From NCBI GenBank assembly GCA_963700705.1, contig CAVOYQ010000022.1, positions 38,218 through 102,217 of the forward strand: DNA of 64,000 nucleotides, written 5' to 3'. This document shows, in pieces, positions 9,561 to 20,233 of this stretch (its first letter is position 1; every line of letters begins with the position of its first letter). Position numbers and translations under genes: made by a program. The stretch is from an uncultured Gammaproteobacteria bacterium (GTDB lineage Bacteria; Pseudomonadota; Gammaproteobacteria; Xanthomonadales; SZUA-36). The notes under the pieces were generated by a model that was not told the DNA's origin, did no database searches, and worked only from the letters and a program-made list of their open reading frames with translations.

Positions 9561-10775
9561 TCAGCCGACCAGGTCATTAATGCTCAGTATGGCCACCAGC
9601 ACCGATAACACAATCGTGCCGATCAGCAGGGCCAGAAACAGCGTGACTACCGGCGTAAAAATCGACAACAGGCGATCAATGGTGTTACGAACTTCAATAT
9701 CGTAGGTGTCCGATACCTTGAGCAACATCGTATCCAGACGCCCTGTCTCTTCCCCGACGCTGATCATCTGCAGCGCCATCCTGGGAAACCGCCCGCTCTT
9801 GGCGAGGTTATGCGCCAGGCTGCCGCCGGTCTTCACTTCGCGTGAAGAGTCACTGACATCCTGTTTCAAAACTGTATTCGTTAGGACATTGCGCGCGATG
9901 GAAAGTGCCCCGAGCAATGGCACGCCGTTGCTCAGCAGGGTTCCGAGCGTCCTGCTCAGGCGTGCGATTTCGATTTTTCCGACCAGGTCCCCGACCCATT
10001 TCATGGAGAGCACGCGCTTGTCCCATGCCAATCGCTTCTCCGAGTCCGCCAGCATGCGCCGGAACTGGACCACCGCCACGAAAGTCAGCAGGATCATCGC
10101 CCACCAGTAATTCTGCAGCACAGAACCGACCCCCAGCACGACCTTGGTGATAAACGGCAGATCACCGCCCAGTTCTTCAAATATCGGGGTGAATTGCGGA
10201 ATCACGTAAACCAGCAGGAGAATCAGGGAGCCGGCGGCGAGGATCAGCAGCAACACCGGGTAAATAAGGGCCGAGATCACGCTGTCCTTGAGTTCGCGTG
10301 ATCGTTCGAGGTAATCGGTCAACCGGGTCAGCGTGACATCGAGCGTGCCACCCACTTCGCCCGCCCTGACCATGTTGACAAACAGGCGATTGAATGCGCC
10401 ATGCTGCTCATCGAGCGCGTCCGAAAGGCTCCCGCCACCGCGGACCCGGTCGCGGATCTCACCAACGGTTCGCTTGACCCGTTCGTTTTCCGACAGTTCC
10501 AGCATGACCTGGAGCGAGCGGTCAAGCGGCAGTCCCGCGACCAGCAGCGTCGACAACTGCTGGGTGAATTCCCCGACTTCGCGTGAATTCATTCCGCGGC
10601 GTCCCATCCGCAAAGCGGCAAGGTTGAAACCACCGGTACCGGACTCCCTGGCCTGCAGCGGAACGTTTCCGGCTTCCTGCAGCTTCAGAACTACCATTTC
10701 CACGGAGATGGCTTCCATGGTTCCCTGCACCATTTCGCCGCTGGGCGCGACCGCCTTGTACTCGAATAACGGCAT
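9561..10775 (-). CDS. gspF: Type II secretion platform protein GspF
   Basis: Polytopic GspF-type sequence (MPLFEYKAVAPSGEMVQGTMEA...). ATG at 10775 overlaps the gspE stop (TGATG). Confidence 0.95.
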   Translation of the reverse strand: MPLFEYKAVAPSGEMVQGTMEAISVEMVVLKLQEAGNVPLQARESGTGGFNLAALRMGRRGMNSREVGEFTQQLSTLLVAGLPLDRSLQVMLELSENERVKRTVGEIRDRVRGGGSLSDALDEQHGAFNRLFVNMVRAGEVGGTLDVTLTRLTDYLERSRELKDSVISALIYPVLLLILAAGSLILLLVYVIPQFTPIFEELGGDLPFITKVVLGVGSVLQNYWWAMILLTFVAVVQFRRMLADSEKRLAWDKRVLSMKWVGDLVGKIEIARLSRTLGTLLSNGVPLLGALSIARNVLTNTVLKQDVSDSSREVKTGGSLAHNLAKSGRFPRMALQMISVGEETGRLDTMLLKVSDTYDIEVRNTIDRLLSIFTPVVTLFLALLIGTIVLSVLVAILSINDLVG

Positions 10776-12514
10776 CAGGATTCCTGTGTCACCCTCAGGA
10801 TCTCCTCGAGGGCGGTCATCCCGCTCAGGCACTTGAGCAAGCCGTCCTGGTACATCGTTCTCATGCCATCGGCAACCGCCTGATCCTGCAATTCGCCCGA
10901 CGTCGCATGGCGCATGACCAGCCGGCGCACCGGGTCGGTAATTTCCATCAACTCGAGGATCGTGGTGCGGCCGCGATATCCGGTCGGGTTCTCTTCGCTG
11001 GGCCGCGCCCGGTAAAACTGGTACGTATCCTGTTTCACCAGTTCAGCCAGCTTCAATTCCTTTGCGACTTCGGGCAGCAACTCGTAGGCTTCACGGCTGG
11101 TGGGGTCCAGCGTGCGCACCAGGCGCTGCGCCAGAATGGCGTTAACCGTGGAGGTAAGCAGGTAATCTTCCACGCCCATATCCAGCATTCGGGTCACTCC
11201 GCCTGCTGCGTCATTGGTATGGATGGTCGACAGCACCAGGTGGCCCGTCAGGGCAGACTGGATAGCGATCCGCGCGGTTTCGAGGTCGCGCATTTCACCG
11301 ATCATGATGACATCCGGGTCCTGCCGGACAATGGAACGCAGCGCGTGGGCGAAATCGAGACCGATCGAAGCCTTGGCCTGTATCTGGTTAATGCCCTCCA
11401 ACTGGTACTCGACCGGGTCTTCCACCGTGATGATCTTTCTTTCCGATGTATTCAGTGCGCTCAAAGCGGTGTAAAGCGTCGTGGTTTTACCGGAACCGGT
11501 CGGGCCCGTGACCAGGATGATGCCATGCGGCATTTGCAGTTGTTTGACAAAGCCTTTCTGGATTTTTGCGTCAAATCCCAGCGAGTCGAAGTCGAGCACC
11601 ACGCTTTCACGGTCGAGAATACGCATGACCACGCTTTCGCCGTGCGAGGTCGGAACGGTCGACACGCGCAGGTCCAGTTCCTTGCCCTGCACCCGGTGCA
11701 TGATGCGGCCATCCTGGGGCAGCCGCCGCTCGGCGATATTCAGCTTGGCCATGATCTTGATGCGGCTGATCACCGCGGCGGTGGATTTTGCCGGAGGAGC
11801 CTCCACTTCCTGCAGTACGCCATCGATCCGGTAGCGCACCTTCAGGCGGTTCTCAAACGGCTCGATATGAATATCGGAGGCACGCCCTTCCACAGCCCGC
11901 TGCATGATCAGATTGACGAGGCGGATCACCGGCGCTTCGGAAGCCAGGTCACGCAAGTGCTCGACATCCTCGATTTCCCCGTCCTCTTCACCACCGAGGC
12001 TCTCGACGATTTGCCCCATCGCGCTGCGGCCGCCGCCGAGCAGTTTTTCAATGCCGTTTTCAATTTCAGATGCGATGCCAACCCGTATGATGATGTTCTT
12101 GCCGGTGGCCATGGAAAGGGCCTTGTGGGCAAAGGTATCGCGGGGGTTGGCCATGACGACGGTCAGATCGCCGTCGGACTCTTCAATCGGCAGGATAAGA
12201 TTCTGTTTCAGGTATCGAACGGAAAGACCGGGCAGTTCAGGAGCTTCCTCGGGCAAGTCCACCGTCCGGACCAGCGGCAAATCAAGCAACCCGGCCTCGG
12301 CCTCCGCCACGTCGCGTTCTGAGACCAGGCCCAGCCGTACCAGCAGGGTGACCAGGTCTCCGCCATTCTGTTCCTGGTAGGTGACTGCCTTTTTCAGGTC
12401 ATGGGACTTCAGCCGGTCGTTTTCCAACAGGAAAACACAGACCGGGTTGTCCATGACGGAGGCCAGCGCGGAATCCGCGATCCGGTTGTCTATTGTTTCC
12501 TGGCCTGCCTGCAC
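10775..12514 (-). CDS. gspE: Type II secretion ATPase GspE
   Basis: 579 aa with Walker A GPTGSGKTTTLY and an N-terminal T2SSE_N-like domain. AAGGAGGGG RBS upstream. Confidence 0.95.
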   Translation of the reverse strand: MQAGQETIDNRIADSALASVMDNPVCVFLLENDRLKSHDLKKAVTYQEQNGGDLVTLLVRLGLVSERDVAEAEAGLLDLPLVRTVDLPEEAPELPGLSVRYLKQNLILPIEESDGDLTVVMANPRDTFAHKALSMATGKNIIIRVGIASEIENGIEKLLGGGRSAMGQIVESLGGEEDGEIEDVEHLRDLASEAPVIRLVNLIMQRAVEGRASDIHIEPFENRLKVRYRIDGVLQEVEAPPAKSTAAVISRIKIMAKLNIAERRLPQDGRIMHRVQGKELDLRVSTVPTSHGESVVMRILDRESVVLDFDSLGFDAKIQKGFVKQLQMPHGIILVTGPTGSGKTTTLYTALSALNTSERKIITVEDPVEYQLEGINQIQAKASIGLDFAHALRSIVRQDPDVIMIGEMRDLETARIAIQSALTGHLVLSTIHTNDAAGGVTRMLDMGVEDYLLTSTVNAILAQRLVRTLDPTSREAYELLPEVAKELKLAELVKQDTYQFYRARPSEENPTGYRGRTTILELMEITDPVRRLVMRHATSGELQDQAVADGMRTMYQDGLLKCLSGMTALEEILRVTQES

Positions 12515-12573
12515 TTGGGGTCACCCCTCCTTGAATTATGATTATCACACAGCACAGACAGCCCGGTGAATGA

Positions 12574-13230
12574 TCAGTTCCGCTTCCCGGCCATCTGCCC
12601 CACCTGCCACCCGACAAACTGTTCCACCAGGGGCCGGTTGCTCAGAACCCAGACAAAGATCGGTGCCAGGGCCGGAAAAATCAAACTGCCGAGCTGATAA
12701 CCCAGCGCAATGGCGGCGTCTGACACGCCGTGAGACGTCACGATCGCATGAGTCTGTTCGCCGAAATTGAACGCCAGCATTTTGAGTGACACCCAGACCA
12801 CGCCCCAGATCTGCACACCCGTAATCACGACGTATCCCGTCAGCATGATGACGAACTTCCTCAGCCAACTGACGTCCGATCCCATGACCAGGCCGAACAG
12901 CAGGGGCAGTCCGTAGCTGAAAATCAACGGGTTCACGATGAATCCGAGCGCATCGGTCGTTCCATCTCGAAACGTGAACTGGATTTGAGTCTCGACCAGG
13001 AAAAGGAAGTGCTGGTTTGGCTCGACGATGATCCGGCTGAAGTCGCTTCCGAGGATGTGGCTCAGAATGGCTTCCGAGGCAAGCCGTGCCGGCACGCCAT
13101 GAAAAGCCGACAGGTAAAACCACAGCATGAAGCCGAACAGCATCCACATGGACGCCAGGATCAGTAGTTCACTGAGCTTGAGTTCTTCTCTCGCTTCACG
13201 TGGTGACGCTTTTTCCATTTCTTCAACCAT
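12574..13230 (-). CDS. Polytopic inner-membrane protein of unknown function (about 4 TM)
   Basis: 218 aa with hydrophobic segments LSELLILASMWMLFGFMLWFYL, LGFIVNPLIFSYGLPLLFGLVMG, FVIMLTGYVVITGVQIWGVVWVSL and AAIALGYQLGSLIFPALAPIFVWVL. The ATG lies 3 nt after the purL stop and 59 nt upstream of gspE. No family recognised. Confidence 0.6.
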   Translation of the reverse strand: MVEEMEKASPREAREELKLSELLILASMWMLFGFMLWFYLSAFHGVPARLASEAILSHILGSDFSRIIVEPNQHFLFLVETQIQFTFRDGTTDALGFIVNPLIFSYGLPLLFGLVMGSDVSWLRKFVIMLTGYVVITGVQIWGVVWVSLKMLAFNFGEQTHAIVTSHGVSDAAIALGYQLGSLIFPALAPIFVWVLSNRPLVEQFVGWQVGQMAGKRN

Positions 13231-13233
13231 AAC

Positions 13234-16200
13234 CTATCCGGTCCACTGGCGAGCATTCTGGAACATGCGCCGCCAGGGTGACGTATCGCCCCATTCGCCC
13301 GGGGCCCATGAAAAGTTAACCCCCCTGAGGGTCCGTTCAGGGTGTGGCATCATGATGGTCACACGGCCATCCTCATTGCATAAACCGGTAATTCCCGCCG
13401 GTGAGCCATTGGGATTCCCGGGGTAATGTTCCGTTGCCTCGCCGTTGCTGTCAACGTAACGCAGGGCAACCAGGGCATCCGCCGGATCGATGGTACCGAA
13501 TACTGCCCGCCCCTCACCGTGAGCCGTCGCTACCGGAATCACGGATCCCGCCATCCCCCGGAGGAAAACCGAAGGTGATTCCTCCACCCGGACCAGGCTG
13601 AAACGGCCTTCGAATTGTTCCGAGCGGTTGCCGGCAAAATCCGGCCAGGAGCCCGCGCCCGGAATGAGATCCTTGAGAGCGGCCATCATCTGGCAGCCAT
13701 TACATACGCCCAGCGCAAATTTCGACGGGTCTGCAAAAAAGAGGCTGAATTGTTCCCGCAGTGCTTCGTGGAAAAGAATCGATTTGGCCCACCCTCTTCC
13801 CGCTCCGAGAACATCGCCGAAAGAAAAGCCGCCACAGGCTGCCAGGCCCGCAAAGCTTTCCAGGCCCGCGCGACCCTCGGCCAGGTCGGACATGTGAACA
13901 TCGGTGGCCTCGAACCCGGCCAGGTCAAAAGCTGCCGCCATTTCCACGTGACCGTTGACGCCTTGCTCCCTCAGTATCGCAACCCGGGGACGCGCACCGC
14001 GCATGATCACCGGCGCGGCGGGGTTCTCGTCGGCAGGAAAGGCCAGCCGGGGCCGCATGCCCGGATCCTTCCAGTCACCGATGGACTCCAGTTCCTGGTC
14101 GGCGCATTCGGGGTTATCTCTGAGCCGTTGCACGCGGTGGCTGGTCTCGGACCACAAACGTTGCAGGCCGGGTAAGGATTCTTCCAGCACGAACTGCCCA
14201 CGGGAATGAATGACCAGGCGTGATCCGGACACCGGCTGCCCGATATTCCTGACCGTATCCCCAAGGCCGGCAGACGTAATCCGCGCCATCACCTCTGCAT
14301 AGTCGCCGAGTGCGACCTGGATCACGGCGCCGGGTTCTTCAGCAAACAGGAATGCCGCCAAGCGGTCTGCCGGGACATCGGCATCCAGTTCCAACCCGCA
14401 ATGCGAGGCAAAAGCCATTTCGCACAAGGTCGTGATAACACCCCCGTCAGAGCGGTCATGGTAAGCCCGGATCAGGCCGGACCGGTTCAGCGCCTGGACC
14501 AGGTTGAAAAAATTCTTCAACTGCTGCGGCCGGTCCAGGTCCGGCACTTCCCGTCCGAACTGCCCATGGACTTGCGCCAGGGCGGAACCACCCAGCCGGT
14601 CACGCCCGTTTCCAAGGTCCATCAGGAGCAGCCGCGACTCCCCGCATTCAAGATCGATTTGCGGGGTCATTGAAAGGTGAACGTTAGCCACCGGCGCAAA
14701 GGCCGAGACGATCAGGGACACCGGGGCGAGCATCCGCTTCTCACCGGTTACGTCGCGCCACAGCGTCTTCATGGACAGGGAGTCCTTGCCTACCGGAATG
14801 GCGATGCCCAGTTCGGGGCACAGGTCCATGCCCACTGCCTTTACCGTATCGAACAAAGCGCCTTCCTGACCCGCCTCACCGGCAGCGGCCATCCAGTTTG
14901 CCGAAAGCCGGATACTGGAAATATCATCGATAGAGGCCGCCGCGATATTGGTCACGGCTTCCGCTACCGCCATCCGCCCCGACGCCGGTGCGTCGAGCAC
15001 CGCCAGCGGCGTGCGTTCACCCATCGCCATGGCCTCTCCGGTAATCGCTGGTAAATCCGCTCAGCGTCACGGCCGCGTCTGCCACCGGCACCTGCCAGGG
15101 GCCGACCATCTGGTCACGGGTCACCAGGCCTCCGACCGTGCGGTCACCGATGGTGACCAGGAAAGACTTGCTGCCAACGCAGGGAAACCTCAGCACCCTG
15201 CGCAGGGATTCGCGCAAATCCAGCCTGGAGGCGTCCAGGTCATCACCCTGGAAGTTCCGGCGCTCGGCCTTGCGGAACATCCGCGGGGGTTTGCCGAGCA
15301 ACACATTCAGCGGCATATCCACCGGATCCTGTCCCGACAGCTGATCCGTGAGCACCAGTTGCCTGGAGGCCGTCGCCTGGCCCAGCACGGCATAGGGGCA
15401 GCGCTCGCGCCGGCACATGGCCTCGAACGCTTCGAGGCCGCCGGGTTCGATCGCCAGCACGTATCTTTCCTGCGATTCGTTGCACCAGATTTCCATTGGC
15501 GACATGGATGAATCAGCACTGGGAACCAGGCGTAATTCCAGCTTGCCTCCGTGTCCGCCGTCGTTGAGCAGTTCGGGCAGCGCGTTTGACAGTCCCCCTG
15601 CGCCAACGTCGTGCACGGACAGGACCGGGTTGCTCTCGCCCATCGCCCAGCAGGCGTCGATCACTTCCTGGCAACGCCGCTGCATTTCGGGATTGCCACG
15701 CTGCACCGAAGCGTAATCCAGGTCTTCCTGCCCCTGGCCGCTGCCGACAGACGAAGCGGCTCCGCCGCCCAGCCCGATCAGCATGGCCGGCCCGCCGAGA
15801 ACGACGACGTGAGCACCGGGCTGCAGGGGCAGTTTTTCGACATGCTGCTCGCGGATTGTTCCCATGCCGCCTGCGATCATGATGGGTTTGTGATAGCCCC
15901 AGGTCATGCCATCGACTTCCTGCTCGAATGTCCGGAAGTAACCACACAGCGCCGGGCGGCCAAACTCATTATTGAACGAGGCGCCCCCGACCGGACCTTC
16001 GATCATGATGTCCAGCGGGCTGGCAATCCGGTCCGGTTTACCGGTCTCGTTGCGCCAGGGCAGATCGAGACCGGGCAGGTCGAGATGCGACACGGAAAAG
16101 CCGGTCAAGCCGGCCTTGGGACGGGCGCCCCGTCCGGTCGCGGCTTCGTCACGTATCTCGCCTCCGGAACCGGTGGCGGCGCCGGGGAACGGCGAGATCG

Positions 16201-17119
16201 CTGTCGGATGGTTGTGCGTTTCAACTTTGATCTGAAAAGGCAGGCTTTCACGGTGCCAGGAATAGACCCGGGTTTCCGGGTCGATAAAAAAACGCTCGCC
16301 TTCTGGCCCGCTCAGCACCGCTGAATTGTCATGGTAGGCCGACAACACCCCGCCGGGGGACTTTGCAAAGGTATTCCGGATCATCCCGAACAGGGTCTGC
16401 TCCAGCTCCTCACCGTCAATCGTCCAGTTGGCATTGAAAATCTTGTGCCTGCAGTGTTCGGAATTGGCTTGCGCGAACATCATCAGTTCGGCATCGCTGG
16501 GATCGCGCCCCATTGCGCGAAACGCCTTGACCAGGTATTCGATTTCGTCTTCCGACAAGGCGAGTCCAAGTTCACGGTCGGCTTTGCGCAGGGCCCCGGC
16601 GCCATCAATGGATACCGGAATGAAAACCAGCGGACGTGGCGGATTATGCTGGAACAGGGCATGCGCGTCGTCCAGTGAGCCCAGCACCGATTGCGTCATG
16701 CGGTCGTGCACCAGCGCACTGACCGCGGAATGATGCTGCTGCGGCAGTTCCGGCAGGTTATAGGCCACGCCCCGTTCGATCCGCAGTACCGTGTTCAGCC
16801 CGCAGTGCAGAGCGATATCCGTCGCCTTGGTGGACCAGGGCGACTGCGTCCCCAATCTCGGCACAACGAGTAACAGGCCTTTTGGGTCCAGGCTGTCTAC
16901 CAGCCCGCCATGTAAAAGGTCCTGCAGAATACCGATCTGCGCTTGATTCGGCGGCTGCTCCGATTCAACCAGGTAGACGTAGCGGGCTTCCAACTCCGCC
17001 CCGGGGCCGGTGATTTCGCGAATCCGCCCGAGCAGTTTGTGTTTGCGAAATTCGGAAAGAGCGGGTTCTCCCGTGAGGCAGGTGAACGCGGACAAAGCAA
17101 TACTCCCGGATAATGACAA
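13234..17119 (-). CDS. purL: Phosphoribosylformylglycinamidine synthase (large single-chain PurL), one frame break
   Basis: ORF 15017-17119 (N-terminal plus FGAM synthase domains) and ORF 13234-15030 (MAMGERTPLAVLD... plus glutaminase domain GVCNGCQMM) are contiguous PurL. The frame break lies near 15035-15048 (SDY.GEAMAMGERTP junction). Confidence 0.9.
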
Positions 17120-17181
17120 TCAGCCGGCGTGAAGCGCCGGCTTTCTGGGGAAACAGTTTAACCCACTATCGGGTTTCGGGG

Positions 17182-17919
17182 TTACTCCGAAGGGGCTTCA
17201 GCCGCGGCCATTTTGTCCAGGCGCTCGCGCAATTGTTCCGGCGGTACGTAACCCGGAATCAGGGTTCCGTCTTTGGTCAGAAGCGCCGGTGTTCCGGTGA
17301 CGCCAAGCGCGACCCCCAGCTCGTATTGCTCGGCGATCGGATTTTCACAATGCTCCGGGTCCGGATCCGCTCCCTGCTTGGCCAGTGTCAGGGCAGCCTG
17401 TTGATCCGAGGCGCACCAGACCGAAACGGCCTTGTCGTAGGAATTGGAACCGATTCCCGCCCTGGGGAAAGCCATGTAATGGATGGCGATTCCGTTGTCG
17501 TTATATTCTTTGACCTGGGCATGCAGCTTGCGGCAGTAGCCACAGTCGATGTCGGTAAAAACCGTCAGGTCATAGGCCGGGTTCTCAGGAGCAAACGTGA
17601 TCTGCTTGCTCGCGTCGATTCCGGCCATCAACTCCCTGCGAACTTCCGACTTGGCGACTTCGGTCAGGTCTTCGTGCGTTTCGAGGTTGACCACGCGGCC
17701 CTGGATCAGGAATTTGCCGTCGGCGGTGGCGTACACGATGTCACCACCAACCTGCACCATCAGGATTCCCTCGATGGGTGTTTCAGAGATGGCTATCGAC
17801 TGCGCATTCGGCGCCAGTGCCCGAATCCGTTCTTCCACTACGCTGAATTCATCCTGGGCCTGGGCCACCATGGATGTTGTCAGCAGCAGGCCATAAATAA
17901 TCGTTGAATAATGCTTCAT
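17182..17919 (-). CDS. dsbC: Thiol:disulfide interchange protein DsbC
   Basis: Signal peptide, dimerisation domain and thioredoxin fold with CGYC active site (FTDIDCGYCRKLH). Classic xerD-dsbC adjacency. Confidence 0.9.
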   Translation of the reverse strand: MKHYSTIIYGLLLTTSMVAQAQDEFSVVEERIRALAPNAQSIAISETPIEGILMVQVGGDIVYATADGKFLIQGRVVNLETHEDLTEVAKSEVRRELMAGIDASKQITFAPENPAYDLTVFTDIDCGYCRKLHAQVKEYNDNGIAIHYMAFPRAGIGSNSYDKAVSVWCASDQQAALTLAKQGADPDPEHCENPIAEQYELGVALGVTGTPALLTKDGTLIPGYVPPEQLRERLDKMAAAEAPSE

Positions 17920-18064
17920 GACGAACCTCTTGAATTATGTTTAGCTTCTTTACCCCCACAGCCCATCTGTGAAAGGCGGCTGCGCCAGACTGCATTAATT
18001 CAACCCGGTCGGGCCCTGCGGTGCTATCGCGCTAGTTTTACTGACCACGCAGTTTCGAATTCGT

Positions 18065-18955
18065 TCACCCGCGGGGATGATGCTCACTGTGCAATCGTTT
18101 CAGCCCCTCGCGGGCGATATGAGTATATATCTGGGTGGTCGAAAGATCACTATGCCCGAGCAGCAATTGCACGACCCTCAGGTCGGCCCCGTGGTTCAGC
18201 AGGTGTGTGGCAAATGAATGCCTCAGCATGTGCGGCGAGACCGGCTGGGCGATACCGGCCGCTTTCGCATGCTTTCCAATCGCGTACCAGAAGGCCTGGC
18301 GCGTCATTCCCGAGCGGCGGGCGGTCACGAACAACTGCGGACAATCGCCGCCGCGCATCAGCCCGGGCCTGGATTCCTGCAGGTAGCGTTGTACCCAGGT
18401 CAGCGCTTCTTCCCCAAGGGGAACCAGCCGTTCCTTCCCGCCCTTGCCCATGACCCGGACGACCCCCTGGTTGATGCTGATGTTGATGACGCCAAGATTG
18501 ATCAGTTCACTGACCCGCAGCCCCGTTGCATACATCAGTTCGAGCATGGTGCGGTCGCGCAGGCCCACAGGGGTTTCCGTGTCCGGCGCCTCCAGCAATC
18601 CCACGACCTGTTTTTCGCTGAGTGCCTTGGGCAGACCCCTGCCGAGTTTCGGACTTTCAATCAATGCCGAAGGATCTTTCTCAATGCGCCCCTCGCGCAG
18701 CAGCCACTGGTAAAACTGCCTGAATCCGGAAAGATAACGTGACAGTGAGCGCGGGCTGTTCCCGGCCTGCATCCGGGTCGCAAGAAAGTGGAGAAGGTCT
18801 TCGCGGCTTGCGCCCTGCAGTTTACGGCCCCGGCTGTCCTGGTGCGCTGCGAGAAGCGACAGGTCGTAGCGGTAGCTTTGCAGGGTGTTGCCACTGAGCC
18901 CGCGCTCTGCCCAGACAGCGTCCAGGAATGCTTCGATCAGTGTCTCTTCGGTCAT
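18065..18955 (-). CDS. xerD: Tyrosine recombinase XerD
   Basis: MTEETLIEAFLDAVWAERGLSGNTLQSYRYDL..., catalytic region HMLRHSFATHLLNHGADLRVVQLLLGHSDLSTTQIYTH. Start chosen at ATG 18955; the ORF track extends to 18991. Confidence 0.9.
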   Translation of the reverse strand: MTEETLIEAFLDAVWAERGLSGNTLQSYRYDLSLLAAHQDSRGRKLQGASREDLLHFLATRMQAGNSPRSLSRYLSGFRQFYQWLLREGRIEKDPSALIESPKLGRGLPKALSEKQVVGLLEAPDTETPVGLRDRTMLELMYATGLRVSELINLGVINISINQGVVRVMGKGGKERLVPLGEEALTWVQRYLQESRPGLMRGGDCPQLFVTARRSGMTRQAFWYAIGKHAKAAGIAQPVSPHMLRHSFATHLLNHGADLRVVQLLLGHSDLSTTQIYTHIAREGLKRLHSEHHPRG

Positions 18956-18963
18956 GTTTTCGC

Positions 18964-20223
18964 TCACAGGCTCCCCAGGTAATTCATCCACTGCGCGGCC
19001 GCCTCGCGGGTATTCTCATGACGCCCGGCCCTGTCCCAGTCTGCACCGGCGCTGTCCAGGTTTCCGAGGTTGAAATGCGCCATCCCCCGGAGCAGGTAGG
19101 CCTCGCCGGTCCTGTGGTCGTCCAACCCGCCTTTTTCCAGCGCCAGGTCCAGGGCTTCCACGGCCGCCTGCCAGCGCTCGAGGTCAGCCAGGATGAACCC
19201 GCGCCGCAGATCGACCTCACCGTCCCCCGCAGCCTTTCCCGCTGTCTCATACGCGGCCAGTGATTTTTCCAGTTCATCGGCGGCGTACCAGGATTCCGCA
19301 ACCAGGGTCCAGTGTTCCCGGCTCGATTCGACGATACCATCCCTGATGCCCTTTTCCAGCACTTCCGCGGCCTTGTACGGAAGTTCCGAGTTACTGTACA
19401 GACTGGACAGGTAAAGGATATCCGACGGGCTGTTGAACAGGCCTTCACGATACGCCAGTGCGGCCACGGCGAGCGATTTTTCTTCCTGGTTCAGCCGGTA
19501 GCAGATCTGCGACAACTGCAACCAGTATTCTTTCCTGGCGGGCCAGTTCGCGATCATGACTTCCAGGGTTTCCGCAGCCTGTTGGTACTGTTCCAGTTCT
19601 GAGTGGGCGGCGAGTTCCAGTTGATACCAGGATTCACGGGGGGCGGCATCCATCGCGATGGCTTTCTGGATGGCTTTTAGTGCGCCGGCGTAATTTTCCT
19701 GCTCCAGGTAAAGCGAAGCCTGCAGCACATAGGCCGCCGGGGTAATGGTTTCGGGAGGCGCCATGCAAAACCACGCTTCAAGCTTCTCCAGCGCTTCGGG
19801 GTAACGTTCCTGCATGTAATAAAGCTGGGCCACCTGGTAGACCAGGGCAAACTGCGCAGGGTCGGGCAACACATCGAATTCAACGGCCCGCTCGAAGAAA
19901 ACCAGGGACGACTGAAAGTTTTCGCGCGACCATTCCACCTGGGCCAGCGCCTGGTTGATGATGGCCTGCAAATAAGTATCGTGACCGGCTCGCTCCAGCA
20001 TTTTTTGGAGGTCCTCATAGGCTTCATCGTACTGTTCTTCAGAGATTTTCCGGTAAACGGCATCGAGCCGGTTCCACGTCATCTCGTCAAGGGCCCGGGT
20101 AGTCACTTCGCGTTTCACGCCGCATTGATCAGCCCTGGCCGTGACAACGCCGGACCCTGTCAGCAGGACCGCGAAAACCAACAGGCAAGCCCTGCCCGCT
20201 CTTGTGTAGGCGCCGCAGCTCAA
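18964..20223 (-). CDS. TPR-repeat protein of the TonB2-type cluster (TtpD-like)
   Basis: 419 aa with a signal-like N-terminus and repeated TPR-like helices. Lies directly downstream of tonB. Confidence 0.7.
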   Translation of the reverse strand: MSCGAYTRAGRACLLVFAVLLTGSGVVTARADQCGVKREVTTRALDEMTWNRLDAVYRKISEEQYDEAYEDLQKMLERAGHDTYLQAIINQALAQVEWSRENFQSSLVFFERAVEFDVLPDPAQFALVYQVAQLYYMQERYPEALEKLEAWFCMAPPETITPAAYVLQASLYLEQENYAGALKAIQKAIAMDAAPRESWYQLELAAHSELEQYQQAAETLEVMIANWPARKEYWLQLSQICYRLNQEEKSLAVAALAYREGLFNSPSDILYLSSLYSNSELPYKAAEVLEKGIRDGIVESSREHWTLVAESWYAADELEKSLAAYETAGKAAGDGEVDLRRGFILADLERWQAAVEALDLALEKGGLDDHRTGEAYLLRGMAHFNLGNLDSAGADWDRAGRHENTREAAAQWMNYLGSL

Positions 20224-20233
20224 TCTCCAGCCC

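Noticed and set aside
10907-12322. 471-aa ORF on the + strand
   Set aside because: It lies entirely antisense to gspE, which carries the Walker A motif and full-length ATPase features. The translation is compositionally biased (R/G/H/D-rich).
18065-18955. Tyrosine recombinase as a marker of an integrated mobile element
   Set aside because: The sequence and the xerD-dsbC context identify it as the housekeeping chromosome-dimer resolvase XerD. No att-like repeats, phage genes or cargo genes flank it.
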